The notes under the pieces are model-generated. The model made no database searches and was not told the origin of the DNA. It worked only from the letters and a program-made list of their open reading frames with translations. DNA of 64,000 bases, taken from positions 26,971 to 90,970 of the forward strand of contig CACOJW010000002.1 in NCBI GenBank assembly GCA_902627615.1, written 5' to 3'. Source of the stretch: an uncultured marine group III euryarchaeote (GTDB lineage Archaea; Thermoplasmatota; Poseidoniia; MGIII; CG-Epi1). The position numbers were made by a program, and so were the translations under genes. Shown piece by piece: positions 56,001-64,000 of the stretch. Numbering within the stretch: position 1 is the stretch's first letter; every line of letters begins with the position of its first letter.

Positions 56001-57196
56001 ACCATGAGGAAGTTGGAGGAACACTATCTGGTAATTCAGATGGCTGGAACCCATACTACATGTCATTAGATTCAAAGAAGCTAGGATACAGTAGTTTAGA
56101 TTACGATCCAGCAGATGACAATGCATACTCATTCGTTTTCCGTGCAAGAGGTGTTGAAGGAACAGCTCACATAGGTGGAGTTGAAGTCATTAGAACACTT
56201 GACACTGGATTCTTCATGACAAAAGATGATGTTGGTAAGTTGACCTATGATATATTCCCAAGTTTAGCAGTCGAAATTGACTACTTCACAAAGAATATAG
56301 GTACACAAGACAACACATTCCGTATGACTCCAGAATTGGAAGCACAAGGTAAATCCTATGATGGAGCTGCCTTTGATGTTTCAATCAATGTCATGATGAA
56401 CGGTAATACCTTCGAAGATATTACTTCAAGCCAAGATGAAAACGGAGTTTGGACATACGAATTTGATATGGCTCCAGATGATGAAGCAATGATTACTGTC
56501 CGTTTCGGCGCTCCAGACTACGATCAAGAAGCCGGTGAACCAGCAGGTAACCGCAAGTTTGATGTAATAGTTAATGGATACGACGTAGGCAGTGATGAAT
56601 CTCTAAGAGAACCTGTCGCTGCAACTTTGTTCATTAAACCATCACAGTTTGTGCTTGGTGAAATGACATTCAATCGTGCAGGTGTAATCGAAGGAGACTC
56701 TTTAGATATCACAGTTAAAGCATGGAACGAAGGTAACTACGCATCTGATGTGTTAGTTGTTTTCTACGCTATGGATTCAACTGGTGATGCATACTCCACT
56801 CCTGAAGGGGTCAAACGTATGAAGAGAGTAGCTTCAACAACCGTACCACTAATGGCACCTAAGCCTGTTTTAGAAAACGACGGAGTTTTCCAAACTTGGT
56901 ATTTTGCAACTGCAACATGGGATGAGACATTTATTCCAGGAACTACAGTCCAAGATTTTGAAACTGTAGAAATGTATGCAATGATCAACCCAGACGCAGA
57001 AGAGCAAGATGTTAAAGACGGAGTAAAGACTCAAGATGAGTATCTAAATCAGAAAGATGATAATGATGCAGTTGGCAGTATTGCAATTGTCAAAAACAAG
57101 GCATCTACACCGTCTTTCACAGTAGGACTCATTGGTCTTTCTGTAGCAGCCTTAGTCGCATCTATTGGTGCTTCTCTTCGTAGAGAAGAAGAATAG
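50054..57196 (+). CDS. Giant surface protein (2380 aa): NIDO-like N-terminus, propeller-like segment, four repeated jelly-roll-like domains, cupredoxin domain, PGF-CTERM-like anchor
   Basis: Signal peptide; four repeats S/T-P-x-(F/L/I)-D...S.DGG.(T/S/N)W...Y(G/S)NP...(I/F)DDV; VTWTN...HTVT...YYCKFHPMM; C-terminal TPSF-TM-RR. Confidence 0.88.
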   Translation: MQKTHNVSKRNWAAKLMAIVVVVSMVASTLVLFAPEASARTGSDSYGYTFKDNAEADGPVYDDEWIELVGNDAAELLISSSTDAGQSAVDIGFTFEFYENEYTTWGNGGDNGYINLGSAGYSSRWTPYSIPYSGLGTAVIGGWFDGGFCRASNPTAGVYYATIGTEPNRKLVVQYQDQGAWYPSVYQCPGAAAANALTWQIVLHENTNLITMNYKDTNGGYSSDNEYMTAGIQGVPGGTLTGLQYAYRNSPTWSDETSVRYAPPPPARNDLRLKSTAVPDPMSLAEENILGATVSNYGVNCDTAGECTPVNEDNVAVKASIFSVKESVSTFAFDGEDSDSFTPMSIQGQNKWTAALNDGKGDHNYGDEGSDDGSWSSGRKSQTLGGMFTDQQKIHYDGTNILIADKGSDSVLKLDIATNAVTTVIAASSTYLNDVIDVTDDGTYYYTLARTSGTYSSTTKVCKWLISDTTQAPTCSGSTAVRYGTSLTHYGGELFALQTSSSSTYRKVIILDASDMSTEGSLSYASGVSSYYYAMGIDADDTNGDLYIAYRDYYGRTREYTRDSDGDYSASDYRQFYTYARYHHALDVQDDYVYTSGFYYSSWYGGMKKCSTSSSSCSTLWNSYTGANGYKGSVATTDTGDIYVSSNYAFSYYSFSNWDDKIWIHENDGGYSGTPDTTLGPNPASLAALSTPAFDTSDAIGMTMTFKYSYQFYYRWEGAYLESSVDGGSTWDYVSGDKFSAGGYYGTTFGVYGNPISTSLDTWTYYNTNDRYSYNTNSAPWATASLDLGDYTGYSDVRFRWVVGFNQYDNTYYYDSYFRIDDVEITTKEADTTYAEETQTIASLGFKEEASVEFFTVDTFQPSLEGLSVGDKLAVLISVTGENGDEDLSNNRDIQFREVKYVIFADDFEDGDASNWETGKVRYGSGDTWEVRDRDSNAGSYSMDSDFRRSNSVPADNYVSTPSLDLTLPVEAELQMAISFYGYYTYDGYQVQASGDGGDTWAAIQPKASDPRQYGTIYNTAYYSNPLRGLKGYTSYGTTTGFTYSPDPQGWVKATFDLTEFCGKNDVKVRVVTGWSTLSTGPSYFESFFRFDDVAVTGLVFNDNIGLGGFELPDPLGVDATVPVEATVINAGINAQAANEATVRLQLGPMGLETYDSSEDMEDYADEAAAVVAGWATSDDCNTTYSTCSNWGYYGGDPGFVMNTDEGDGDETNSWGSDGDEFQMYYGGGSVSATTPTIDFSGAASDLTFTMVHRYNFDYYAGYTAYNGAQVHISTDGGDNWELLTPSGGYPGTMYNYAPYGNPLSGQAGFVNCGSCPGSGAASDDADEYISTEFAMADYVDMTDVKLKFVVGMYRYQWPGDGEHWHIDSLSFTGTGMESVAFEKQWDITGAGAGGEFQSGEAQTVGVDYHFQVPGEYKIVFDAWIGDNPSDGDDFAGDNSVALARETMFTVVGTTGDESAMTKKNDENNDRHYDSGWHASVDGGPKDGFQWQPSATTGASSAPVWWNGLDTYGSSYNGDDTSLVSPVFDLSKATSAKLVFNHKFAMHGFEYSWANYYYDGGRIEISTDAGDSWSALNPTSGLGYGGTIYNYAYYGNPLRGQSGFVMGSDGWHETQCRLDSYTGPGMDQLQIRFRLGGTFFNNPTNWEIDDVGVYGLGFDLAMTSEAAPYTLEVGESFTMSTSFKNQGMGNLGPGGAVETAHAYAYVNDMGGNELWSSETSLGTLAMAYYDDAGNTVAGAESAVIDFEFPGMDTAGLYTAGVKVADADGNTLADLFMANNDASHMLIVGKSADMGSPLLTGGPNWVATEDEPAEVGDGAMGVSWDQTGVATDALAVSIGGQATGFVPQNPTVQLGTEVTWTNADSITHTVTDKDAQFDSFDMLPGESYSLTFTEVGVFNYYCKFHPMMEGSITVLSSQSADEQVRTSYVEVWSATAYLVFWANFDMSDDSEISIYAQKKGASLDDADTLGLWGANGFTIMDGSNHEEVGGTLSGNSDGWNPYYMSLDSKKLGYSSLDYDPADDNAYSFVFRARGVEGTAHIGGVEVIRTLDTGFFMTKDDVGKLTYDIFPSLAVEIDYFTKNIGTQDNTFRMTPELEAQGKSYDGAAFDVSINVMMNGNTFEDITSSQDENGVWTYEFDMAPDDEAMITVRFGAPDYDQEAGEPAGNRKFDVIVNGYDVGSDESLREPVAATLFIKPSQFVLGEMTFNRAGVIEGDSLDITVKAWNEGNYASDVLVVFYAMDSTGDAYSTPEGVKRMKRVASTTVPLMAPKPVLENDGVFQTWYFATATWDETFIPGTTVQDFETVEMYAMINPDAEEQDVKDGVKTQDEYLNQKDDNDAVGSIAIVKNKASTPSFTVGLIGLSVAALVASIGASLRREEE

Positions 57197-57218
57197 ACGA
57201 AATAAGTCAATGAAGGAG

Positions 57219-57239
57219 GGAGAAGGCAAGTCCTTCTCC
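57219..57239 (+). terminator. Stem-loop after the giant surface protein gene
   Basis: GGAGAAGG-CAAGT-CCTTCTCC, 22 nt after the stop codon. Confidence 0.55.
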
Positions 57240-57297
57240 TATCCGATCATGTAAGCTCCAGCGTCAGCTTTAATTCCATAAGGAAACAATTAGTGTT

Positions 57298-58218
57298 ATG
57301 TTTGAACCAGCTTCTTCAACAGGAACGATATTAGTTGTGGTTGTGGGATTTCTAGTTCTTAATTATTGCCGACAGAATCAGTTTATGGTTTCGCAATCGC
57401 TAGTTTTCATTAACTTTAGTATATTTGCTACTTGGTGGATTCTAGTTTTTATTAAACCTTCAATGGCAATTGATGCACTATTAAATTTAGGATTCAAGCC
57501 TTTGTATTTGCAATCGTTAAATTTTGAACTATTGACTCTGTTTAGTTCAATGTTTATGCATGGAAGTCCTATGCATTTACTAATGAACATGCTGATATTG
57601 ATATTATTGGGCGTTCCTTTTGAAGATCGTATAGGTTCAAAATCTTTTTTGCGAATTTATTTGATCAGCGGTCTAATAGGATCTTTACTTACCGGAATAA
57701 TCTCAGTTTGGAATGAAGGGAATGACATAGAAACAGTCCATATTGGCGCTTCAGGAGCAGTTTTCGGCATTATGGGTGCATTTGTCTTATTGTATCCTAG
57801 GCTTGAGATACCTATGCTTTTAGGGCCAATATTTATGCAAAGAGTTCCTGTTTTACTATCTACTATAGTATTTGTTGGAATGGAAACTCTCTATGTGGGT
57901 TTAGGTACTGATGATGGTATAGGGCATGGAACACACATGGCGTCGTTTGTTGGAGGTGTATTCTTAGCTCCTTATTATGCATCTAAAGTAAAAGATATTA
58001 AAGAAGCAATTAATTTTGATTTATCCTTTTTATCCAAAATCAATGAAAAAACAGGTATGGGGAGTCGTGAGCTCAAGATGGTTGAGGATTCTGATGAACC
58101 AGAGTTGATAGAAGCTTGGATAGATGAATTTTGGAAAATTCAAAAGTGTCCTAATTGTGGGGGAGATATATCTCCAAAAGGCAAGTGTTCAAAGTGCAAT
58201 TCTAATTTTATAGATTAA
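57298..58218 (+). CDS. Rhomboid intramembrane serine protease with a C-terminal zinc ribbon
   Basis: SMFMH...HLLMNM, IGASGAVFG catalytic Ser, GHGTH His region, CPNC...CSKC. Confidence 0.92.
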   Translation: MFEPASSTGTILVVVVGFLVLNYCRQNQFMVSQSLVFINFSIFATWWILVFIKPSMAIDALLNLGFKPLYLQSLNFELLTLFSSMFMHGSPMHLLMNMLILILLGVPFEDRIGSKSFLRIYLISGLIGSLLTGIISVWNEGNDIETVHIGASGAVFGIMGAFVLLYPRLEIPMLLGPIFMQRVPVLLSTIVFVGMETLYVGLGTDDGIGHGTHMASFVGGVFLAPYYASKVKDIKEAINFDLSFLSKINEKTGMGSRELKMVEDSDEPELIEAWIDEFWKIQKCPNCGGDISPKGKCSKCNSNFID

Positions 58219-59681
58219 GCAGTTAAGAAATGGTCATAGAATAGAGCAACAACTATTGATCCTATTGTACAAGTTATAATCATAACAGGAACACCTACAC
58301 CTAGCCATTCTTTGGTTGAAATTTTGTGCCCGCCTCTTTCGCTAATAGCAATAGTCATAACGTTCGCACTAGAACCAATAGGAGTAGCATTTCCTCCAAA
58401 GCCACAGCCAATTGCTAAAGCCCAATATAGGGGAATAATATCTACCTCAGCTATACCTGTAACTGGATCTTTACTTAATTCGCCTATTTCTAGAATTACA
58501 GGTAACATAGCTGCACAAAAAGGAATATTGTCAACGATAGCAGATGCAATAGCGGAAACCCATATGAGAACAATAACCAATACTATGGGACTGTTATGTA
58601 TTGTTCCATCAGGTCCAAAATTATCAAAGATCATATTAGCTATGGCCTCCAGGTATCCCATAGCTTCCAACCCTCCAACCATAACAAATAGCCCTGCGAA
58701 GAATAAAAGTGCACCCCATTCGACTTTATGCACAACTTCATGGATATCCATACGTTTTTCTTCAGGAACACCTAGCATACTAATTGACATGGCAATACCA
58801 GCACCACCAAGAGATACTGCTGAAATTTCTAAATCTAAATGCAAGAGTTCCACTGCAGCAAACATTACAACGGTTACTGCTAAAGCCCCTAAAGTTCTGT
58901 ACATCAAAGTATCGTTTTTTACAGCAGCCCATTCATCTTCACTAGTTACTTCTTCCACGTTCTGGGGTTTAACTTCTCTCCAGTTTTTGAAGTGACGGTG
59001 CATAAACCAGAGAGTAGCACCCCAAGCAACTATGGCCAAAGGAGTTAGATGGTAAATAAAACTCATAAAACCGAATCCTAAGCCTCGAGCACTTGCATAT
59101 GACGCGATTAAAACGTTAGGAGGATCACCCACTAATGTTGCTACGCCTCCAGTGTTTGAGAAGATTGCTAGAGCAATTAGTGGTGGAATAGGACTAATTT
59201 CAATCTTAGAGCAAATTTTTAGCGTTACAGGTGCTATTAGAATCAAAGCTGTAACATTATCAATAAAGACAGAAATTACTGTGGTAAACGTTCCTAGATA
59301 GAATACCAATTTCCAAGGATCTCCTCCAGATAATTTTGTAGCTTTTATTGCTACAAATTCAAAGAAACCGCTTATTTCTAGCATTCCAGCAAAGATCATC
59401 ATTCCCAATAGCAATCCTATGACGTTGAAATCTATAGCCTCAAACAGATTATTTTGACATACTGCGCCAGCTTCACCATGACCGCCTCCCGTACACCAAG
59501 TTAGGGAATCGTAGTAAGTTCCAACCAAGAGCATTCCAACAGCACCGCCCCAAGCTGCTAAAACACGATCAACAATTTCACCTAAAATTAAAGCAAATGC
59601 TACTAGGAAAACAAGTAGAATAAGTATAGCTTCGATTGAGCCAGTATCTGCCACGTAATCAGTTGTCGATTCTGTCGCCAT
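58215..59681 (-). CDS. ArsB/NhaD (ion transporter superfamily) permease
   Basis: IDFNVIGLLLGMM, SVFIDNVT, GGVATLVGDPPN, SAIVDNIP, GGNATPIGSSAN. Confidence 0.9.
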   Translation of the reverse strand: MATESTTDYVADTGSIEAILILLVFLVAFALILGEIVDRVLAAWGGAVGMLLVGTYYDSLTWCTGGGHGEAGAVCQNNLFEAIDFNVIGLLLGMMIFAGMLEISGFFEFVAIKATKLSGGDPWKLVFYLGTFTTVISVFIDNVTALILIAPVTLKICSKIEISPIPPLIALAIFSNTGGVATLVGDPPNVLIASYASARGLGFGFMSFIYHLTPLAIVAWGATLWFMHRHFKNWREVKPQNVEEVTSEDEWAAVKNDTLMYRTLGALAVTVVMFAAVELLHLDLEISAVSLGGAGIAMSISMLGVPEEKRMDIHEVVHKVEWGALLFFAGLFVMVGGLEAMGYLEAIANMIFDNFGPDGTIHNSPIVLVIVLIWVSAIASAIVDNIPFCAAMLPVILEIGELSKDPVTGIAEVDIIPLYWALAIGCGFGGNATPIGSSANVMTIAISERGGHKISTKEWLGVGVPVMIITCTIGSIVVALFYDHFLTA

Positions 59682-59712
59682 GACTAAATTATCTTAGGGG
59701 CGGAATAAAAGC

Positions 59713-62007
59713 TTAAGCTAGCCGGTTCCATATTGGTTTAGTCCATTTATCTCTGATTTCTTCAATTGTTAATTGTGCTATTCTGTCGTTACCACTTTTG
59801 AAGATTATTTTTTCATTAATATCACCAATCTTCTTAGCAAAGTCAAATCGTTTACTAAAAGCATCTTCATATTTAGGATTAACTTGTACAATCCATCTTC
59901 CATTAGATTCACTAAATAATTCAACATCATTTCTTAATTGACCATCGAAAGTAATCTCCGCTCCAATACCGCTCATACACATTTCAATAATTGAAAGAGC
60001 CAATCCACCGTTTGAAATATCATGACAAGCTACTACTTCTTCATTTTCTATAGCTTGAATTAGTTGTTCCATCCTAGGAAGAAAAGTTTTGAAATTAGTT
60101 GAAGGAACTTTTGCACACTCAAGTCCTAAAGTTCTGTAGTAAAGACTAGCACCCATTTCCTCTTTTGTTTGGCCTACAAGCCAGATACTTCCTTTGCTTT
60201 TCATATCACTGGTCACACATTTTCTAATATCATTTACTAATCCAATGCCCATCAAGACAGGAGTTGGTGGAATAGCCCCTTCCTGAGTTTCATTATACAA
60301 GCTTACATTTCCTGAGACATAAGGGACGTCTACAGCAGTAGCAGCGTCTCTTAGAGCCTCACAACTAGCTTTGAATTGACCCATTACGTCAGGCCTACGA
60401 GGATTTCCAAAGCATAAACAATCTGCTAGAGAATCGATTCTAGCTCCAACGGAAGCTAAATTTCTGCAAACTTCTTCTACGGCACTCATGGTTCCGTGGT
60501 AAGGATTTGCTTCCATGAGGTATGGATTTACATCTGAAGTCAATGCCAATCCTTTCCAGGAATCATCAACGGGTTTTATTACAGATGAATCTCCGGGAAC
60601 TTCTTTTCCAATAGGGCCTTGTATCGGCTTCAGAGCAGTTTTTCCTCTTACTTCATGATCATATTGCCTAATTACCCAATCTTTTGATGCAACCTCTGGT
60701 TGATTAATGATATTGATTATTTGTGTTTTGATATCATTCGGATAAGGGGGTAAATCAGAAGGATTCCCTATATCATATTCAGGTAAATTGTAAGGTCTTT
60801 TGTAAACAGGACCTCCGGTAGTAAATTCCAAATCTAGATTTAAGATTTCGGTGCCATGATAGTTTACGATATTTCGTTTTTCAGCAATGACTTCCCCTAT
60901 GCTTACAGCTTCAACATCCCATGAGTTACAAATTTCAAGTACTTTATCCACATTTTTTGGCGTTACTGTAAACATCATTCGCTCTTGAGATTCAGAAACC
61001 CATATTTCCCAAGGAGGCATATTTTCGACTTTCAAATGTACTTTTTCTAAATCTACTTTTGCTCCAAATCCAGCATCTAATGCAAGTTCTCCAACTACAC
61101 AAGACAGCCCTCCGCCTCCTAAATCTTTCATTCCAGTTAATAATCCCATTTCGTTTAATTCTAAGCATAAATGCATTAGAGGCTCTTTGGTTATAGGATC
61201 ACCTAGTTGTACAGCTCCTATATCTTCTTCAGACCCAGCATCCAAATCACGTGATGCAAAGGTTACGCCGTGTATTCCATCGCGTCCAGTTCTTCCTCCT
61301 GCGAGTATGTAAATATCCCCCACACTTCCAGCTTTACTGTGAATCATTAATTCTTTTTCAACAATACCTACGCATCCAACATTCACCAAAGGATTTCCAG
61401 TATATTTCGGATGGAATGCAACTTGACCTGCTACGGTAGGTATTCCGACTCTATTTCCGTAATCACGTATGCCTGCAACTACGCCACCCATAAGATATCG
61501 AGGATGTTTCACTCCTTCAGCTAGTGTATCGCGAGGCGTATCTAATTCTCCAAAAAACAAGGGATCTACCAATGCAATTGGTTGAGCACCCATACAAACA
61601 ACATCTCTCAAGATGCCTCCAATACCTGTCGCTGAACCTCCGTAAGGATCAAGTGCAGATGGATGATTATGTGATTCCAATCCAACAGCGTAGTAATGCT
61701 TGTCATCAAATTCCATTATTCCAGCGTCTTCTCTTGCTATCACCTTTTTGCTAGATTTAAGCCCGAAAACAGTTTCCTCTAAGACAGGTTTCGAGGATTT
61801 GTAGCAGCAATGCTCAGACCATGCTTGATCTATGGCTTGAAGTTCAACATCTGTAGGCCTTCTTCCTTCATTTCGAAAATAACCTTTAACTTTTTCCATT
61901 TCATCAGGTAGTAAACCTAAACCTAAATCATTTACAATTTTAGATAAGTCTTCTTCTAAGTTAACATAAAAAACTTTTTTTGCGTTGGGAACTGGCTCTA
62001 GCATCAA
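59713..62007 (-). CDS. purL: Phosphoribosylformylglycinamidine synthase subunit PurL
   Basis: WSEHCCYKSS, ESHNHPS, GRDGIHG, DLGGGG, SESQERM, SGNVSLYN. Confidence 0.97.
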   Translation of the reverse strand: MMLEPVPNAKKVFYVNLEEDLSKIVNDLGLGLLPDEMEKVKGYFRNEGRRPTDVELQAIDQAWSEHCCYKSSKPVLEETVFGLKSSKKVIAREDAGIMEFDDKHYYAVGLESHNHPSALDPYGGSATGIGGILRDVVCMGAQPIALVDPLFFGELDTPRDTLAEGVKHPRYLMGGVVAGIRDYGNRVGIPTVAGQVAFHPKYTGNPLVNVGCVGIVEKELMIHSKAGSVGDIYILAGGRTGRDGIHGVTFASRDLDAGSEEDIGAVQLGDPITKEPLMHLCLELNEMGLLTGMKDLGGGGLSCVVGELALDAGFGAKVDLEKVHLKVENMPPWEIWVSESQERMMFTVTPKNVDKVLEICNSWDVEAVSIGEVIAEKRNIVNYHGTEILNLDLEFTTGGPVYKRPYNLPEYDIGNPSDLPPYPNDIKTQIINIINQPEVASKDWVIRQYDHEVRGKTALKPIQGPIGKEVPGDSSVIKPVDDSWKGLALTSDVNPYLMEANPYHGTMSAVEEVCRNLASVGARIDSLADCLCFGNPRRPDVMGQFKASCEALRDAATAVDVPYVSGNVSLYNETQEGAIPPTPVLMGIGLVNDIRKCVTSDMKSKGSIWLVGQTKEEMGASLYYRTLGLECAKVPSTNFKTFLPRMEQLIQAIENEEVVACHDISNGGLALSIIEMCMSGIGAEITFDGQLRNDVELFSESNGRWIVQVNPKYEDAFSKRFDFAKKIGDINEKIIFKSGNDRIAQLTIEEIRDKWTKPIWNRLA

Positions 62008-62249
62008 TTAGCCACCGCAATAGAATAATCATGAACTACAGGATTTGCTAGTAATCGTTGACACATTTTTTCGGCTTCAGAAAGAGCATATTTTTCATCG
62101 CCTTCTATAACGACTCTGTAGCATTTAGCTGATTTGACAGTATCAATATTTTCAAAACCTAAAAGGTTTAATGCTTTTTGGACATTCGCACCTTCAGGAT
62201 CCGCCATTCCTGATTTCAATCCGATTCTTATTTCGATTTCAGTAGACAT
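62004..62249 (-). CDS. purS: FGAM synthase subunit PurS
   Basis: DPEG...AL..LGF, LLANPV; stop overlaps the purL start. Confidence 0.95.
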   Translation of the reverse strand: MSTEIEIRIGLKSGMADPEGANVQKALNLLGFENIDTVKSAKCYRVVIEGDEKYALSEAEKMCQRLLANPVVHDYSIAVAN

Positions 62250-62306
62250 AAAACTCTGAATTTCACAGATAAAACTAGGAATAAAAATTAAACGGCTACT
62301 AATTAC

Positions 62307-62807
62307 CTAAATGACATTGGATTGAATCATAATCAATAATAGAATTAACGTTTGAATTCCGGCAGCAACGTCGTCTAGAATGATACCATGCCCCCCTTCT
62401 AATTTTTCTAGATCTTTTGCGGGCCATATTTTTAAAACATCGAAAATTCTAAAAAATAAAAAAGATAATATCCATAGGGTTTGATTCATATTTATTCCAA
62501 ATAGTAACAAAGATCCAATCGCAATCAAGTATCCTATGACTTCATCAATTACATAGATTCCAGGATCTTTGCCATATTTTTTTTCGCACCAAGGCGCAAT
62601 TTGCATTCCACCATAGTATATAATTCCAGCTAGTAACATCAATAAGTAAGCACTATACTCTAAAACATTCTCAACAATAAAGTAAGCTACAATCAAGGCT
62701 CCAAGTGAACCAAAAGTACCTGGTGCCAATGGAGATTTCCCAAGAAATAGAAAGGAGATGAATCCTTCTTTAATGAAATCACTTTTTTCATTCATCTTTT
62801 GCCTCAT
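62307..62807 (-). CDS. pgpA: Phosphatidylglycerophosphatase A
   Basis: APGTFGS, KDPG.YVIDEVIG, FRIFDVLKIWP, GIILDDVAAG. Likely start is ATG at 62795. Confidence 0.92.
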   Translation of the reverse strand: MRQKMNEKSDFIKEGFISFLFLGKSPLAPGTFGSLGALIVAYFIVENVLEYSAYLLMLLAGIIYYGGMQIAPWCEKKYGKDPGIYVIDEVIGYLIAIGSLLLFGINMNQTLWILSFLFFRIFDVLKIWPAKDLEKLEGGHGIILDDVAAGIQTLILLLIMIQSNVI

Positions 62808-63417
62808 TCCAGAAATGCAGCATTCGTTGTAGCGCCGTTAAATTTCCTAAAATAGCTAATATGGCAACAACAATAGTGATGATAGTCTCTACATTACCTA
62901 CAAGTTCTCCAATTAATAGTCCCATTCCTAAGACAAACCATCTTTCAGGTCTCTCAATTAATCCTATACCTTCCTGTGATACGCCTAATCTTTCTGCGGC
63001 TGCACGGCAGTATGAGGTTTGAAATGCACCAACCATTGCAGCCATTGCCCACATCTGCCCTGAAATAAAGTCTAAAGAATCAATGGGTAATGGTTTCACC
63101 CAATTACAAAGAACTAGCGCACTAAACGCAATGCAATCAGCATATCTGTCTAAAGTTGCATCAAGATAGCCACCTCTTATCGAAGTAGTCTTTGTAGCTC
63201 TAGCTACTAAACCATCAGCACCATCAAGTAAACAAGCAACAAGCCCAATTGAAAAAGCATAGTATATTTTTTGATCGTATAGTAACCATGATGCATAAAA
63301 CGTCAAAGTCAGACCCATTATAGTTATATGATTTGGCTTTATTCCTAAGCTTCCAAGAAATTTTCCTAAGGGGTCCAATACTTTTCCTGCGGTAGTTTTT
63401 AGTGTTTTACTAAGCAT
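62788..63417 (-). CDS. CDP-alcohol phosphatidyltransferase (archaetidylglycerophosphate/inositol-phosphate synthase-like)
   Basis: PNHIT, DGADGLVAR...GGYLDATLDRYAD signature, SYCRA.AE, ERPER. Confidence 0.92.
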   Translation of the reverse strand: MLSKTLKTTAGKVLDPLGKFLGSLGIKPNHITIMGLTLTFYASWLLYDQKIYYAFSIGLVACLLDGADGLVARATKTTSIRGGYLDATLDRYADCIAFSALVLCNWVKPLPIDSLDFISGQMWAMAAMVGAFQTSYCRAAAERLGVSQEGIGLIERPERWFVLGMGLLIGELVGNVETIITIVVAILAILGNLTALQRMLHFWNEAKDE

Positions 63418-63476
63418 GATGTTATTGAGGCAGGGGAGTGGTTATTTTAGTCCCTTCCGTAGTGAGGTAATTACAC

Positions 63477-64000
63477 ATGGACCGTGACTTGATAAAACAG
63501 CAATTAAAACATACTTTAGAAGAAACTAATTTTGATGATCAAGGAGAACTGTACAGAGGTAAAGTTCGAGACAATTATATCAATGAAGATACTATAACAA
63601 TGGTAACGACCGATAGAATATCTGCTTTTGATAGAGTATTAGGTACAGTTCCATTCAAAGGGCAAGCTTTAGTTGAATTGGCAGATTGGTGGTTTGGCGA
63701 GACTGCAGACATAGTTGCTAATCATGTTATGAGGCGCCCTCATCCTAATGTGTGGACTGTGAGGAGATGCGACCCTATACAAGTAGAAATGGTGGTTAGA
63801 GGATACATAACGGGTGTAACTTCAACTTCTGCTTGGACTGCATATGAAAAAGGAGACAGAAATTTTTGTGGAAATGAGTTACCTGATGGAATGAGAAAAA
63901 ATGAGAAGTTACCCGAACCCATTATTACACCTTCAACAAAAGCAGCTAAAGGAGATCATGACGAGTCAGTACCACCTTCAGAATTATACAAGAGAGGTGT
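63477..64000 (+). CDS. purC: SAICAR synthetase, 5' part (runs off the window end)
   Basis: Read manually from ATG at 63477 with GAGGT upstream: ...YRGKVRDNY...[19 protein letters not shown]...[11 protein letters not shown]...ITPSTKA..GDHD. Confidence 0.93.
   Translation, partial: MDRDLIKQQLKHTLEETNFDDQGELYRGKVRDNYINEDTITMVTTDRISAFDRVLGTVPFKGQALVELADWWFGETADIVANHVMRRPHPNVWTVRRCDPIQVEMVVRGYITGVTSTSAWTAYEKGDRNFCGNELPDGMRKNEKLPEPIITPSTKAAKGDHDESVPPSELYKRG

Noticed and set aside
58312..58995. Long antisense and alternate-frame ORFs in the track (for example 58312-58995, 15954-16403, 32494-32925, 31516-31884, 423-665, 752-952)
   Set aside because: They are shadows of well-supported genes and have no recognisable motifs.

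Overview
AT-rich, gene-dense archaeal chromosome segment. TBP, aIF-5A, an AbrB-PhoU regulator, archaeal-type tRNAs and large TSP3/FG-GAP/CARDB surface proteins point to a marine Thermoplasmatota (Marine Group II/III-like); this assignment is an inference. Housekeeping content: smc-scpA-scpB, tatA, folP, metG, rdgB, tbp, aIF-5A, speB, alkA, pdxT, purL/purS/purC, pgpA with a CDP-alcohol phosphatidyltransferase, and a DEAD-box helicase. It also carries three tRNAs (Ser-GCT, Arg-TCT, Leu-CAA), an Aap/Bzt-type amino-acid ABC transporter, a phosphate locus (sixA-phoU divergent from pit-DUF47), and three very large surface proteins plus a truncated secreted one. I saw no CRISPR array, rRNA, integrase or intact transposon. 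Most notable: (1) a Fic-fold protein with a degenerate active site heads, and is translationally coupled to, the condensin operon, behind a palindrome-rich promoter; (2) a 2380-aa surface protein contains an intact type-1 copper (cupredoxin) domain, has an expression-suggestive gene context, and has a diverged paralog in the window; (3) a three-gene extracellular thiol-redox operon (two Omp28-like CxxC paralogs and a redoxin-CcdA fusion); (4) an intergenic TGTC-N3-GACA palindrome occurs three times, two copies bracketing the condensin block; (5) the tRNA-Ser and tRNA-Leu genes have near-identical 5' portions, and one CDS stop codon lies inside tRNA-Arg. All family calls come from motif recognition by eye, not from database searches.
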